From assembly GCA_051000215.1 (NCBI GenBank), contig JBPCON010000033.1, positions 757 to 64,756 on the forward strand: a stretch of 64,000 nt of DNA, written 5' to 3'. Shown piece by piece: positions 48,853-58,193 of this stretch; position 1 is the first letter of the stretch, and every line of letters begins with the position of its first letter. A program made the position numbers and the translations under genes. Below the pieces are notes generated by a model. It was not told the origin of the DNA and ran no database searches. It was given only the letters and a program-made list of their open reading frames with translations. This stretch comes from Acidimicrobiales bacterium (GTDB lineage: Bacteria > Actinomycetota > Acidimicrobiia > Acidimicrobiales > JACDCH01).

Positions 48853-50085
48853 ATGTCCCAGCCGCCCTTGGCCGGCGTCCGCATCATCGAGTGCTCCATG
48901 CTCGGACCGGCGGCGATCACGACAAACCTCGCCGACCTCGGCGCCGAGGCCATCAAGGTCGAGCCACCCTCGGGCGACTACGTGCGCCAGATGACGTGGC
49001 CCATCGTCGAGGGCACCTCTCTCATGCATCTGCACGTCAACCGTGGCAAGCGGTCGGTCGTGCTCGACCTGCGCACCGAAGAAGGCGCAGCCACGTTCCT
49101 CGACCTCGTGCGCGACGCCGACGCGGTCGTCGAGGCGATGCGCCCTGGCGGACTCGAGCGCCGCGGCCTCGGCTACGACGAGCTGCGCGCCGTCAACCCC
49201 ACGATCGTGTTCATCACCATCTCCGGCTACGGCATGACCGGGCCGTACCGCGACATGCCGAGCCACGGCATCGCGTACGACACGTGGGCCGGCATCGTCG
49301 CTCCGGCCTACGACGACGACGGCTTCTGCTATCTCCCCGAGCACGTCTCGATCGGCATCAACGCCGGCCCGCTCTACGGCGCGCTCGGGATCCTCGCCGG
49401 GATCATCCAAGCTCGGGCAACCGGCGCCGGCTGCCAGCTCGAGCTGGCACAGTCCGATGCCGCTGCTGCGTTCGACTGGTACCGCAGTGAGTCGTACAAG
49501 GCCTACGAGCGGCCGCAGTCCGAGGTGGCGGGCAACGCAGCCGATGGCGGCGAGCGCCGGGCGCCCGGGACAGCAGGCATGCTCGAAGGCGTGCGCTACC
49601 AGCTGTATGAGACCAAGGACGCACGCCATGTGCTCTTCATGGCGTCCGAGCAGCTGTTCTGGAAGCGGTTCTGCGAAGCGATGGATCGCGCAGAGCTGTT
49701 CGAGCGGTGGCCAGGGTCGACCTACGGCGACCACGCGCGAGGCAACCACGAGCTGCACGCCATCCTGCGAGACGTCTTCCTGTCGAAGACGGCCGAAGAG
49801 TGGCTCGACTTCGCCAACACCGTCAACACCCCAATCGCTCCCGTCAACACACCGCAGAACATCGGCGACGACCCCCAGTTCAACGAGCGCCTGCCGTGGC
49901 TCCCCGCGGCTGTGCTCGGCGCCGAGCAGATCCCCGTGCCGATCAAGGTCGTCGCCGGCGCTGCTCTCTCCGCGCCGACGAAGGCACCGGAGATCGGCGA
50001 ACACACCGAGCAGGTGCTGCGCGACGTCCTCGGCTACGACGAGGCCAGCATCGCAGCCAAGCGCGCCGCTGGCGCGTTCGGGTAA
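48853..50085 (+). CDS. family III CoA transferase (CaiB/BaiF)
   Basis: LADLGAE.IKVE, NRGKRS, ISGYG.TGPY and APEIGEHT motifs. Confidence 0.9.
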   Translation: MSQPPLAGVRIIECSMLGPAAITTNLADLGAEAIKVEPPSGDYVRQMTWPIVEGTSLMHLHVNRGKRSVVLDLRTEEGAATFLDLVRDADAVVEAMRPGGLERRGLGYDELRAVNPTIVFITISGYGMTGPYRDMPSHGIAYDTWAGIVAPAYDDDGFCYLPEHVSIGINAGPLYGALGILAGIIQARATGAGCQLELAQSDAAAAFDWYRSESYKAYERPQSEVAGNAADGGERRAPGTAGMLEGVRYQLYETKDARHVLFMASEQLFWKRFCEAMDRAELFERWPGSTYGDHARGNHELHAILRDVFLSKTAEEWLDFANTVNTPIAPVNTPQNIGDDPQFNERLPWLPAAVLGAEQIPVPIKVVAGAALSAPTKAPEIGEHTEQVLRDVLGYDEASIAAKRAAGAFG

Positions 50086-50087
50086 CT

Positions 50088-50999
50088 CTAGAAGCGCAGC
50101 CCTGGGGCGCGGGTCTTGAAGACGTCGGTTGCGAGCTGTTGGCCGAGCTTCGTCGCGTCCCAGCGCCGGCCGCCGTTGTTGATCGTGGCGCCGTCGGTCC
50201 ATCCCTGCATCAGGATGATGTTCTCGGCAACGGCGCGAATGACCTGGCCGGTTACCAGCTGCGACTCGTCGGAGGCCAACCAGGCCACGAGTGGCGATGC
50301 GATCGACGGGTCCATGCGGTTGAACTCGTCGTCGGGGATGTCGTCTGGTTCGATGACAGCCGGCGCGTTGGGCATGGTCCCGGTGATGCGCGTCGCTCCT
50401 GCTGGGCCGATCGCGTTGACCGTCACGCCAAGCTTGTACAGCTCGAGCGACAGCGTCTGCGTCAGCGACGCGATCGCCGCTTTTGCCGGCGCATAGTTCG
50501 TCTGGCCGAAGTTGCCGACGAGCCCTGCCCCCGAGACGGTGTTGACGATGCGTCCGGTGAAGGTCTCGCCGGCTCGAGAGCGAGCGCGCCAGTGCTTCGC
50601 TGCGAAGTGGCAGGGCAACCACGTGCCCCGCACGTGCACGCGCATGACCGCGTCGAAGTCGGAGGGTTTCATGTTCCAGATGGCGCCGTCGCGCACGATG
50701 CCGGCGTTGTTGACCAGCACGTCGAGTCGGCCGTGCTCGTCGACGGCTTGTTGCACCATCGCGGCTGCCTGCTCCTCGTCGGACACGTCGCCGTAGTTCG
50801 CCGTTGCCTTCCCGCCGCGGCCTTCGATGAGCGCCACGGTGAGGTCCGCGTCGCGGCCGGTTCCCTCACCGGTCACCGAGCCTCCGAGGTCGTTGACGAT
50901 CACCTGTGCACCCTGCTTTGCGAGCTCGAGCGCGTGGCCCCGACCGATCCCGTGACCGGCGCCGGTGACGATCGCGACCTTGCCTTCGATGATTCCCAT
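50088..50999 (-). CDS. short-chain dehydrogenase/reductase
   Basis: TGAGHGIG, NNAG and YAPAK motifs. Confidence 0.93.
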   Translation of the reverse strand: MGIIEGKVAIVTGAGHGIGRGHALELAKQGAQVIVNDLGGSVTGEGTGRDADLTVALIEGRGGKATANYGDVSDEEQAAAMVQQAVDEHGRLDVLVNNAGIVRDGAIWNMKPSDFDAVMRVHVRGTWLPCHFAAKHWRARSRAGETFTGRIVNTVSGAGLVGNFGQTNYAPAKAAIASLTQTLSLELYKLGVTVNAIGPAGATRITGTMPNAPAVIEPDDIPDDEFNRMDPSIASPLVAWLASDESQLVTGQVIRAVAENIILMQGWTDGATINNGGRRWDATKLGQQLATDVFKTRAPGLRF

Positions 51000-51012
51000 C
51001 AGCTGATCCCTT

Positions 51013-52566
51013 TCAGTGTTTCGAGAGCTCCGCGCGCAGCTCGAACTTCACGACCTTGCCTGTCGGGTTGCGCGGGAGGGAGGCGAGCACCTCGAGCTGC
51101 TCGGGCAGCTTCTGCTTCATGAGGCCGTGCTCGAGGAGGAAGTCGTTGAGCTCGGGCAACGTCGGCGCGTCGTCGTGCGCCGCTGCGACGACCACCGCGC
51201 AAGCGCGTTCACCGGTGCGCTCGTCGGGGAGTCCGACCACGGCGACGTCGGCCACCTTTGGGTGCGTGAACAAGAGGTCCTCGAGCTCCTTCGCCGAGAT
51301 GTTCTCCATGTTGCGGATGATGATGTCCTTGACGCGGCCGGTGATGCGCACGTTGCCGGCGGCATCGAGGGTGCCGAGGTCGCCGCTGCGAAACCACCCC
51401 TCGTCATCGAACGCTGCGGCATCGAGGGACGGGTCCAGGTAGCCCTTCATGAGCTGGGGGCCCTTTGCCCTGATCTCGCCCTCCTCGCCGACCGCGCACA
51501 CGGTGCCGTCGAGCGCGACTGCGCGCAGCTGCACGTCACGCGTGGCGCGACCCTCGGTCTCGGCGAGCACGTCGTCGGCGTCTGTCGTCCACGCCATCGC
51601 GATGATCGGCGCCTCGGTGAGCCCGTATCCCGACACGATGCCGACGCCACCGAGCTCCGACTTGCAGTCGTGGTGCAGTTGCGGTGGCTTGGGGGCTCCA
51701 CCGCCGGTGCACAGCCGCAGGTTGGGGAACAGCGGCACATCGGGTTGGGCGCGCTGTGCGGCGAGGTAGGCCATGTGGAACGGCGTACCCGCCCCGGCGA
51801 CGGTGATGTCGTGGGCGCCGAGGAATGCTGGCGTCGACTTGGCATCGAAGGCCTCGACGAACACGAGCTGGCAGCCGACCAGCAACGCGTTGTAGAGCCA
51901 ACCGATCCCCCCGATGTGCGTGAAGGGGAAGACGAGTGCTGCGCGATCGTCCGGTCTCAGGTCCTGGCACTCGCTCATCGCGATCGCGCTCGCCCCCACC
52001 GTCAGGTCGGTGTGTTGCGCGCCCTTGGGATCGGCTGTCGTGCCTGATGTGTAGAAGTACCAACGGACGGGCTCGTTGCCCGCGTCGCGGACCGGCTCGA
52101 GCGTCGCGGTGTCGGCCTCGGGCAGCGGGCTCCCTGCGTCGGCGTTGACGACCAGGATCTCGAGGCCCGGCTGGTGTGCCGCGATCTGGCTGGCCATCTC
52201 CAGGTAGTCGAACCCGCGCCACTGGCCGGGAACCACGAGCAGCTTCGTTTTCGCCTGGGCGCAGACGAATCCGACCTCGCGCTGACGGTAGATCGGCAGG
52301 ATGGGGTTCTGGATCGCGCCGAGCCTCGACAGCGCGACCACGAGGATCGCTGAGTCGAACCACGTGGGGAGCTGCCATGACACCACATCGCCAGACTCGA
52401 TCCCCGTCGCCGCGAGCCCCGCAGCGGCGAGCTCGGCTCGAGCCATCAGCTCAGCGAAGCGCAGCGTTCGACCGCGTTCGTCGACGCCGAACAGCGCGTC
52501 GGGTGTCGCGGTGGCGCGCGCTTCGAGCAGCTCCCAGAGGCTCCGAAGCTCGAGCATCGCTGCCAT
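51013..52566 (-). CDS. AMP-binding acyl-CoA ligase (cyclohexanecarboxylate-CoA ligase-like)
   Basis: YTSGTTADPKG, GYGLTE, RSGDLG and GKVVK motifs. Confidence 0.9.
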   Translation of the reverse strand: MAAMLELRSLWELLEARATATPDALFGVDERGRTLRFAELMARAELAAAGLAATGIESGDVVSWQLPTWFDSAILVVALSRLGAIQNPILPIYRQREVGFVCAQAKTKLLVVPGQWRGFDYLEMASQIAAHQPGLEILVVNADAGSPLPEADTATLEPVRDAGNEPVRWYFYTSGTTADPKGAQHTDLTVGASAIAMSECQDLRPDDRAALVFPFTHIGGIGWLYNALLVGCQLVFVEAFDAKSTPAFLGAHDITVAGAGTPFHMAYLAAQRAQPDVPLFPNLRLCTGGGAPKPPQLHHDCKSELGGVGIVSGYGLTEAPIIAMAWTTDADDVLAETEGRATRDVQLRAVALDGTVCAVGEEGEIRAKGPQLMKGYLDPSLDAAAFDDEGWFRSGDLGTLDAAGNVRITGRVKDIIIRNMENISAKELEDLLFTHPKVADVAVVGLPDERTGERACAVVVAAAHDDAPTLPELNDFLLEHGLMKQKLPEQLEVLASLPRNPTGKVVKFELRAELSKH

Positions 52567-52579
52567 GCGTCCCCTCCCG

Positions 52580-52598
52580 ATCTGACGGACCGTCAGAT
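52580..52598. promoter_or_regulatory. palindromic operator TCTGACG-N3-CGTCAGA, copy 2
   Basis: atctgacgg-a-ccgtcagat just upstream of the acyl-CoA ligase RBS. Confidence 0.75.
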
Positions 52599-52690
52599 GG
52601 TACTGATGCGCTCGATGTGGGCCTGGATCGAGCGGCCAGCCGCGTCGACCCAACCGTTGCTCGCGGCCTGGCCGCTGTCGACGCGGACGA

Positions 52691-54262
52691 TCATCCGGTG
52701 GCCTCGAGCGCGGCTTGCTTCGCCCACCCGTAGTCGGCCTTGCCGGCCGGCGACCGCTTGACCTCGTCGACCCACACGAACGCTCGCGGCAGCTTGTAGC
52801 CCGCGAGCTGCTCACGGCAGTGCGCATCGAGATCGTCGTCAGCGACGGAGGTTGCTGGGGCGCGGGAGACGACAGCGACGACCTTGTGGCCCCAGCGCTG
52901 GTCGGGGACGCCGACGACGAGAGAGTCGTACACGCCGGGATGCCCGGCGAGAACCTTCTCGACCTCCTCGGGATAGACCTTCTCGCCGCCCGTGTTGATG
53001 CACATCGAGCCCCGGCCGAACATCTGGATGGTGCCGTCGGCCAAGATCTCCGCGACGTCGCCGGTCAGCACCCAGCGCACGCCGTCCTTTTCGACAAAGG
53101 TCTCTGCCGTCTTCTCGGAGTCGCCGTAGTACCCGAGTGGGATGTGGCCACAGCGTGCGATGCGACCCTGCTTACCCGAGCCGGCTTCCACCTCGGTGAT
53201 CGTGCCGGGGTCGATGACCGTGGTCTCCTTGTCGTAGCTCGCGAACTTGCCGTCGCCGGTGTTGTACGCCTGCGCTCCGGTCTCGGACGCGCCGTAGCCG
53301 TCGTTGATGGCCACGTTGGGGAACACCTCGGCGATCTCGGCCCGGCCCGCAGCCGAGAGCGGCACCGCGCCGGAGCCGAAGGAGTAGATCGACGAGACGT
53401 CGTAGCTGTCCTTGTGCGCGAGGTACTCGTCGATGAGGGGCCGCGCCACAGCGTCGCCGATGATCGTCACGACGTTGGCCTTGTGCTCGGTGATCATTCT
53501 CCACACCTGCGCGTAGTCGGTTCGAGGGGCCGACCGGGTGAGCAGATTTCGGCCCCCGGCGAGGAACCACGCCCACGTCGTCCACTGCGCCGCGCCGTGC
53601 ATGAGCGGGGCGAGCGGGAAGAAGATGATCGGGTCGTCCATGATTCGTTGCGTGATGTCGCGCGGGTCGGTGAGCGGGTTCGCTCGCGTGAAGTCGCCGC
53701 CACCGAAGCACGAGTAGAAGGCGTCCTCCTGGCGCCAGACCACGCCCTTCGGCATACCGGTCGTGCCGCCTGTATAGACGACGTAGAGGTCATCGCCGGT
53801 GCGTTCGATCGCCTTCTGCTCCGGGGATGCTGCCGCGACGAGCGTCTCGTAGTCGCCCCCATCGCCGACCGAGACGCTGGTGTGCAATGTCGCGACATCG
53901 GGGGCAACGGCCGCGACGCGATCGGCGAATTCGACATCGTGCACGACGGCCTTCAGGTCGGCGTCGTTGAAGAGGTGCCGCAGCTCGGTGTCGACGTAGC
54001 GGTAGTTGACGTTGATCGGCACCGCTCGCAGCTTGAACGCAGCGAGCATCGTCTCGATGTACTCGGGGCAGTTGTAGAGGTAGCAGCCGACGTGGTCGTT
54101 GGGGCCGACACCGGCGTCGGCGAGCACGTCGGCCAGGCGGTTCGCTCTCTCCTCGAGCTGCGCGTACGTCGAGGAGCGATCGTCGACAACGAGCGCGACG
54201 CGGTCGGCCACGAGCGGGAGCACCGCCTCCCACATGTCCGCGAGGTTGAACGTGAGGCTCAT
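52691..54262 (-). CDS. acyl-CoA synthetase (FadD19-like)
   Basis: YTGGTTGMPKGV, GASETG, INTGGEKVYPEEVE and SPAGKADY motifs. Confidence 0.9.
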   Translation of the reverse strand: MSLTFNLADMWEAVLPLVADRVALVVDDRSSTYAQLEERANRLADVLADAGVGPNDHVGCYLYNCPEYIETMLAAFKLRAVPINVNYRYVDTELRHLFNDADLKAVVHDVEFADRVAAVAPDVATLHTSVSVGDGGDYETLVAAASPEQKAIERTGDDLYVVYTGGTTGMPKGVVWRQEDAFYSCFGGGDFTRANPLTDPRDITQRIMDDPIIFFPLAPLMHGAAQWTTWAWFLAGGRNLLTRSAPRTDYAQVWRMITEHKANVVTIIGDAVARPLIDEYLAHKDSYDVSSIYSFGSGAVPLSAAGRAEIAEVFPNVAINDGYGASETGAQAYNTGDGKFASYDKETTVIDPGTITEVEAGSGKQGRIARCGHIPLGYYGDSEKTAETFVEKDGVRWVLTGDVAEILADGTIQMFGRGSMCINTGGEKVYPEEVEKVLAGHPGVYDSLVVGVPDQRWGHKVVAVVSRAPATSVADDDLDAHCREQLAGYKLPRAFVWVDEVKRSPAGKADYGWAKQAALEATG

Positions 54263-54272
54263 GGTGCGCTTC

Positions 54273-55211
54273 CTACTTGATCGCGACAGGGTTCACTGGC
54301 GAGCCGAGCGCGCCGGTGAATGGTATGGGCGAGGCCTCGAGCAAGAAGCAGTACCGACCGTCGCCGGCACAGTCTGCCGCGAGCGCCTCGAGGTCGAAGT
54401 TCTGACCTTGCGTCAGGCCCATGTCGCGCAGCTGCAGCAGGTGCACAGGAAAGAGCGCGGAGGGGTCTTCCCCCGGGTATTGCTCCATGGCGACGGTGTC
54501 GGTCGCGACAGCGGCCACCTCGTGGCCCTTGAACCACGCAGGGCACTGGGTCGTGAGCCCGGCCTGAGGCCCCGTCGTGTACTCGGTGCGCTGCTTGGCG
54601 TGCATGAGCTGGGCGCGGCCGGTGCGCACGAGCGCGACATCGCCTGCCTCGAGCGCGACCGAAGCCAGCTCGAGCGCTGCGGAGAGGTCATCCGCCGTGA
54701 TCCCGTAACCGGGATCGAGCTGCTCGACGCCCTTGGCCCGAGCGACGTCGAGCAGCACGCCGCGCGAGGTGAGCGAGCGGACCTTGTGGATGCCGAGCTT
54801 CGTCGCACCTGACTCTGCGGTGATGCTCGAGGCCGGGTACCCGTTGTAGAGCTGCCCGCCGTAGCTGACGTGGGCGAGCGAGTCCCAGTGCGTCGAGGCT
54901 TGCAGGCCCATGGTGACGACGTCGTCGCTGCAGCAGAAGTTCGCGATATCGCCCGCGTACGGCGTGTTGACGGCGATCATCGTGCGGCGCGGGTTGATGC
55001 GCCCCGGGATCGAGCCGACCTGCGGGCTGCTGGCGTCGAACGGCATCGCCAGCGAGAGCCTGCGGCCGTCGACGATCGCCGCCGCACCGCGTCGCACCGC
55101 GGCGTCGTCGATCAGGTTGAGCGTGCCCAGCTGATCGTCATCACCCCACCGGCCCCACTGGCGGACCCGCTCGGCGATCTCGACGAACCAATCAGGCAGG
55201 GGCGCCGGCAC
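54273..55211 (-). CDS. cyclase family (kynurenine formamidase-like) metal hydrolase
   Basis: WGRWG..DQLGTLN, QASTHWDSLAH and GSPVNP motifs. Confidence 0.9.
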   Translation of the reverse strand: MPAPLPDWFVEIAERVRQWGRWGDDDQLGTLNLIDDAAVRRGAAAIVDGRRLSLAMPFDASSPQVGSIPGRINPRRTMIAVNTPYAGDIANFCCSDDVVTMGLQASTHWDSLAHVSYGGQLYNGYPASSITAESGATKLGIHKVRSLTSRGVLLDVARAKGVEQLDPGYGITADDLSAALELASVALEAGDVALVRTGRAQLMHAKQRTEYTTGPQAGLTTQCPAWFKGHEVAAVATDTVAMEQYPGEDPSALFPVHLLQLRDMGLTQGQNFDLEALAADCAGDGRYCFLLEASPIPFTGALGSPVNPVAIK

Positions 55212-55219
55212 GATTCTCC

Positions 55220-56290
55220 TCAGCTGAACGCGAGGACGCCGCGGTTGAGCTTGCCATCGTGCAGGTCGTCGAGGGCCTGTTGGATGTCGCCGGGCTGGTA
55301 GGTCTGGCTCACCATCTCATCGAGCAGGAAGCGCCCGTCGAGGTAGAAGCCGACGATGAGCGCGATGTCGTGGTGTGGACGTGTCGCGCCGTAGCGGCAG
55401 CCGAGGATCGCCTTGTCGTTGTACATCGTGCTCACGACGAAGCTGGCCTCTGTACCCATCTTGGGCACACCCAGCAGCACACACGAGCCGCCCCAGTCGA
55501 GCAGGTCGATCGACTGGCGGATGAGCGCTGGGTGCCCGACGCACTCGAACGCATAGTCGACGCCGTTCGCCAGACCGAGAGCCTTGACGGCCGCAACGGT
55601 GTCGTCCGTCGACGACGCGTCGATGAAGTCGGTGGCACCGAACTGCTTTGCCACGGCCTCCTTGGCCGGGTTGGCGTCGACGACGACGATTCGCCCAGCA
55701 GCCGACAACCGCGCAGCTTGGATGACGGCTTGGCCGATCCCGCCGGCCCCGATGACGAGCACGGTCTCTCCCGGCTGCACCTTCGCCCGGTTCAACACCG
55801 CACCAGCTCCGGTCACGACGGCGCAGCCGATGAGACATGCAGCGTCGAGCGGCACGCGCACGTCGATGACCACCGCCTGGGTCTCGTGGCACACCGTCAC
55901 CTCGGTGAACACACCAGCGTTCGCGAACTGGTACGCCTTCTCGCCACCGACGGTGAAGGGACGACTCAGCTTGCCTGCCGTATCGCGGCAGTGCGTTGGC
56001 TGGCCCCTGTCGCACGCGTCGCACTGCCCGCAGTTGCCGAGCGTGGTCAACACGACGTGGTCGCCGACCTTCACCTTGGTGACAGCCGAGCCCACCTCCT
56101 CGACGATCCCTGCACCTTCGTGGCCGAGCACGACTGGGGTCGGGAACGGGATCGTCCCGTCGATCACCGAGACGTCGCTGTGGCACAGCCCGGCCCGGTG
56201 GATGCGCACCCGCACCTCGCGGTCGCGGACTGCGCGCACCTCAACGTCGTCGCGCACCTCGAGCGCACCGGTCCAGACGATGCCCTTCAT
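55220..56290 (-). CDS. Zn-dependent alcohol dehydrogenase
   Basis: GLCHSD, GHEGAG, CGQCDAC and GAGGIG motifs. Confidence 0.93.
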   Translation of the reverse strand: MKGIVWTGALEVRDDVEVRAVRDREVRVRIHRAGLCHSDVSVIDGTIPFPTPVVLGHEGAGIVEEVGSAVTKVKVGDHVVLTTLGNCGQCDACDRGQPTHCRDTAGKLSRPFTVGGEKAYQFANAGVFTEVTVCHETQAVVIDVRVPLDAACLIGCAVVTGAGAVLNRAKVQPGETVLVIGAGGIGQAVIQAARLSAAGRIVVVDANPAKEAVAKQFGATDFIDASSTDDTVAAVKALGLANGVDYAFECVGHPALIRQSIDLLDWGGSCVLLGVPKMGTEASFVVSTMYNDKAILGCRYGATRPHHDIALIVGFYLDGRFLLDEMVSQTYQPGDIQQALDDLHDGKLNRGVLAFS

Positions 56291-56375
56291 GTTCCCCTCG
56301 CGGTCTCGGCCGATTTCGGCCTCGCCAGGCGTCGCCCTTCGGGCGCCGGCTCGATCATGTTCCCCTCGCGATCAT
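56287..56375 (-). repeat. MIRU-like interspersed unit: 72-bp copy (56287-56358) plus 21-bp deleted copy (56355-56375)
   Basis: encodes MIARGT* then MIEPAPEGRRLARPKSAETARGT*, each junction an ATGA overlap; 70/72 identical to 63303-63374. Confidence 0.85.
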
Positions 56376-58114
56376 CGGGCCGCACCGTTCGGTGCCAGCA
56401 CTCTGCCGGGGAGCCCAGCGTCGGGCTGCAGCTCGCCGTCGATCACGATGGGAACGCCGTTGACGATCGTGGCGTGCACGCCGGCCGGCTTGGAGGTCCA
56501 CCGGCCCGCCCCGTTCGGGAAGTCGTGGACGAACTCCTTGTGCGAGGGACTGACCGTGTCGGGGTCGAAGATCATGATGTCGGCTGCCCAGCCGGCGAGC
56601 AGCAGACCACGATCGGTGAGCCCGCACAGGGCCGCCGGGATGGCGGTGAGCTTGCGCACGCCCTCCTCGAGCGTGAAGCCGCCCCACTCGCGAACCCAGT
56701 AGCGCAGGAAGTAGCTCGAGGCTTCGGCGCCGTCGTCGCGGTCGAGGTGGGCGCCACCGTCTGACGTGCCGACGACCATGTGGGGATCCTCCTGGGCGAC
56801 CCTCGTGCCCTCGATCCACTCTGGCGTCTCCGTCTTCCAGAGGAGCTCGACCCTGAGGTCCTCGGACAGCGCAATGTCGAGCATCGCATCGGTCGGGTGC
56901 ACGCCGAGCTCAGCTGCGATGTCGACGAGGGAGCGACCGACGTACTTGTCGTTCTCGGGCTTCGTCACCGCGTTGATGTGCAGCACCGACCAGTGCGGTG
57001 GCGGGAGCGTCGGGCCGGCAGATGGGTCGCGGTTCGGGTTGTCGACCGAGTCGCGGATTGCATCGCGAAAGGCAGCGTCGCGCAGCAAAGCGATGCGCTC
57101 CTCGGTGCTCGAAGCCTCGGTGAACATGCGGTTGAACTGCCGGGCGCCTTCGTAGAGCTTCGTGCCCGTCGCGAGGTCGAAGGTGCGGTTGAACGGCTTC
57201 GACATCGCCATCGAGTAGACGGCTGCGCCTTGCTCGGTGGCCTCGTCGACGAAGCGCTTGGCGTTGTCCCACCCGGCTGTCGGCGCGTCCACCTTCGAAC
57301 GGGCACCGAGGCCTTGGATGATCACCGGCATGCGCGCTGCGAGCGAGAGGTCGATCAGAAGCGCCTCGTCGTCGGGCGTGATGCCGCCGACGGCCGAGCC
57401 AGGGAGGTACGCAATCGAGCCGCCCCTTCCTTTTCCCGCGGCCTCGACGAGCGAGCGCAGCTCGCCGAGCGACGAGAGCCGGCTGGGCACCGGACGGTCG
57501 GCCGAGTCGAAGTGCGTCGGCGAATGGGTCGAGGAGAAGCCAGCAGCGCCGGCGTCCATGGCCTCGCGCACGATCGTGACCATGCGCTCGACCTCGTCGG
57601 CCGTGGCCTCGCGGGCTTGGCAGTCGTCACCCATCACGTAGCGGCGGATCGCGCAGTGCCCGACGTAGAACGCCGCGTTGATGCCGAGCTTGCCGCGCAT
57701 GTGCTCGAGGTACTCGGGGAACGTCTCGAAACCATCGAAGGGGATGCCGCCGAGCGCGCTCGCGTCCATGCCCTCGACCCGCGCGAACAGCTGGATGAGC
57801 CAAGGGCTGTCGCCGGGCCGCAGCGGCGCGACCGAGAAGCCGCAGTTGCCCGCGACCACCGTGGTGACGCCGTGGTAGCAGCTCGATGTGCCGTAGGGCT
57901 CGAAGGTGAGTTGCGGGTCGTAGTGGGTGTGTGGATCGACGATGCCCGGCGCGACGATGCGTCCCCCAGCGTCGATCTCCTTGACGCCCTTGCCATCCAC
58001 GAAGCCGATCTCGGCGATGCGACCGTCTCGTACCGCGACATCGGCGCGCCGCCGAGGGAGCCCCGTGCCGTCGATGACGAAGCCGTTCCTGATCACGAGG
58101 TCGAAGGTCGTCAT
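56372..58114 (-). CDS. N-acyl-D-amino-acid deacylase family amidohydrolase
   Basis: DPHTHYD, GNCGFS, SDGGAH and ADIMIFD motifs. Confidence 0.9.
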   Translation of the reverse strand: MTTFDLVIRNGFVIDGTGLPRRRADVAVRDGRIAEIGFVDGKGVKEIDAGGRIVAPGIVDPHTHYDPQLTFEPYGTSSCYHGVTTVVAGNCGFSVAPLRPGDSPWLIQLFARVEGMDASALGGIPFDGFETFPEYLEHMRGKLGINAAFYVGHCAIRRYVMGDDCQAREATADEVERMVTIVREAMDAGAAGFSSTHSPTHFDSADRPVPSRLSSLGELRSLVEAAGKGRGGSIAYLPGSAVGGITPDDEALLIDLSLAARMPVIIQGLGARSKVDAPTAGWDNAKRFVDEATEQGAAVYSMAMSKPFNRTFDLATGTKLYEGARQFNRMFTEASSTEERIALLRDAAFRDAIRDSVDNPNRDPSAGPTLPPPHWSVLHINAVTKPENDKYVGRSLVDIAAELGVHPTDAMLDIALSEDLRVELLWKTETPEWIEGTRVAQEDPHMVVGTSDGGAHLDRDDGAEASSYFLRYWVREWGGFTLEEGVRKLTAIPAALCGLTDRGLLLAGWAADIMIFDPDTVSPSHKEFVHDFPNGAGRWTSKPAGVHATIVNGVPIVIDGELQPDAGLPGRVLAPNGAAR

Positions 58115-58127
58115 GGCACGCTCAAAC

Positions 58128-58141
58128 TAGAACGCGTTCTA
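58128..58141. promoter_or_regulatory. KstR-like operator TAGAAC-GC-GTTCTA, copy 1
   Basis: fits TnnAACnnGTTnnA; lies in a divergent intergenic region. Confidence 0.75.
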
Positions 58142-58193
58142 TTCTTGCTGCAAGGCACGGGACAAGTGTCGTCGGTCGTGCCAGCATCGGCAC

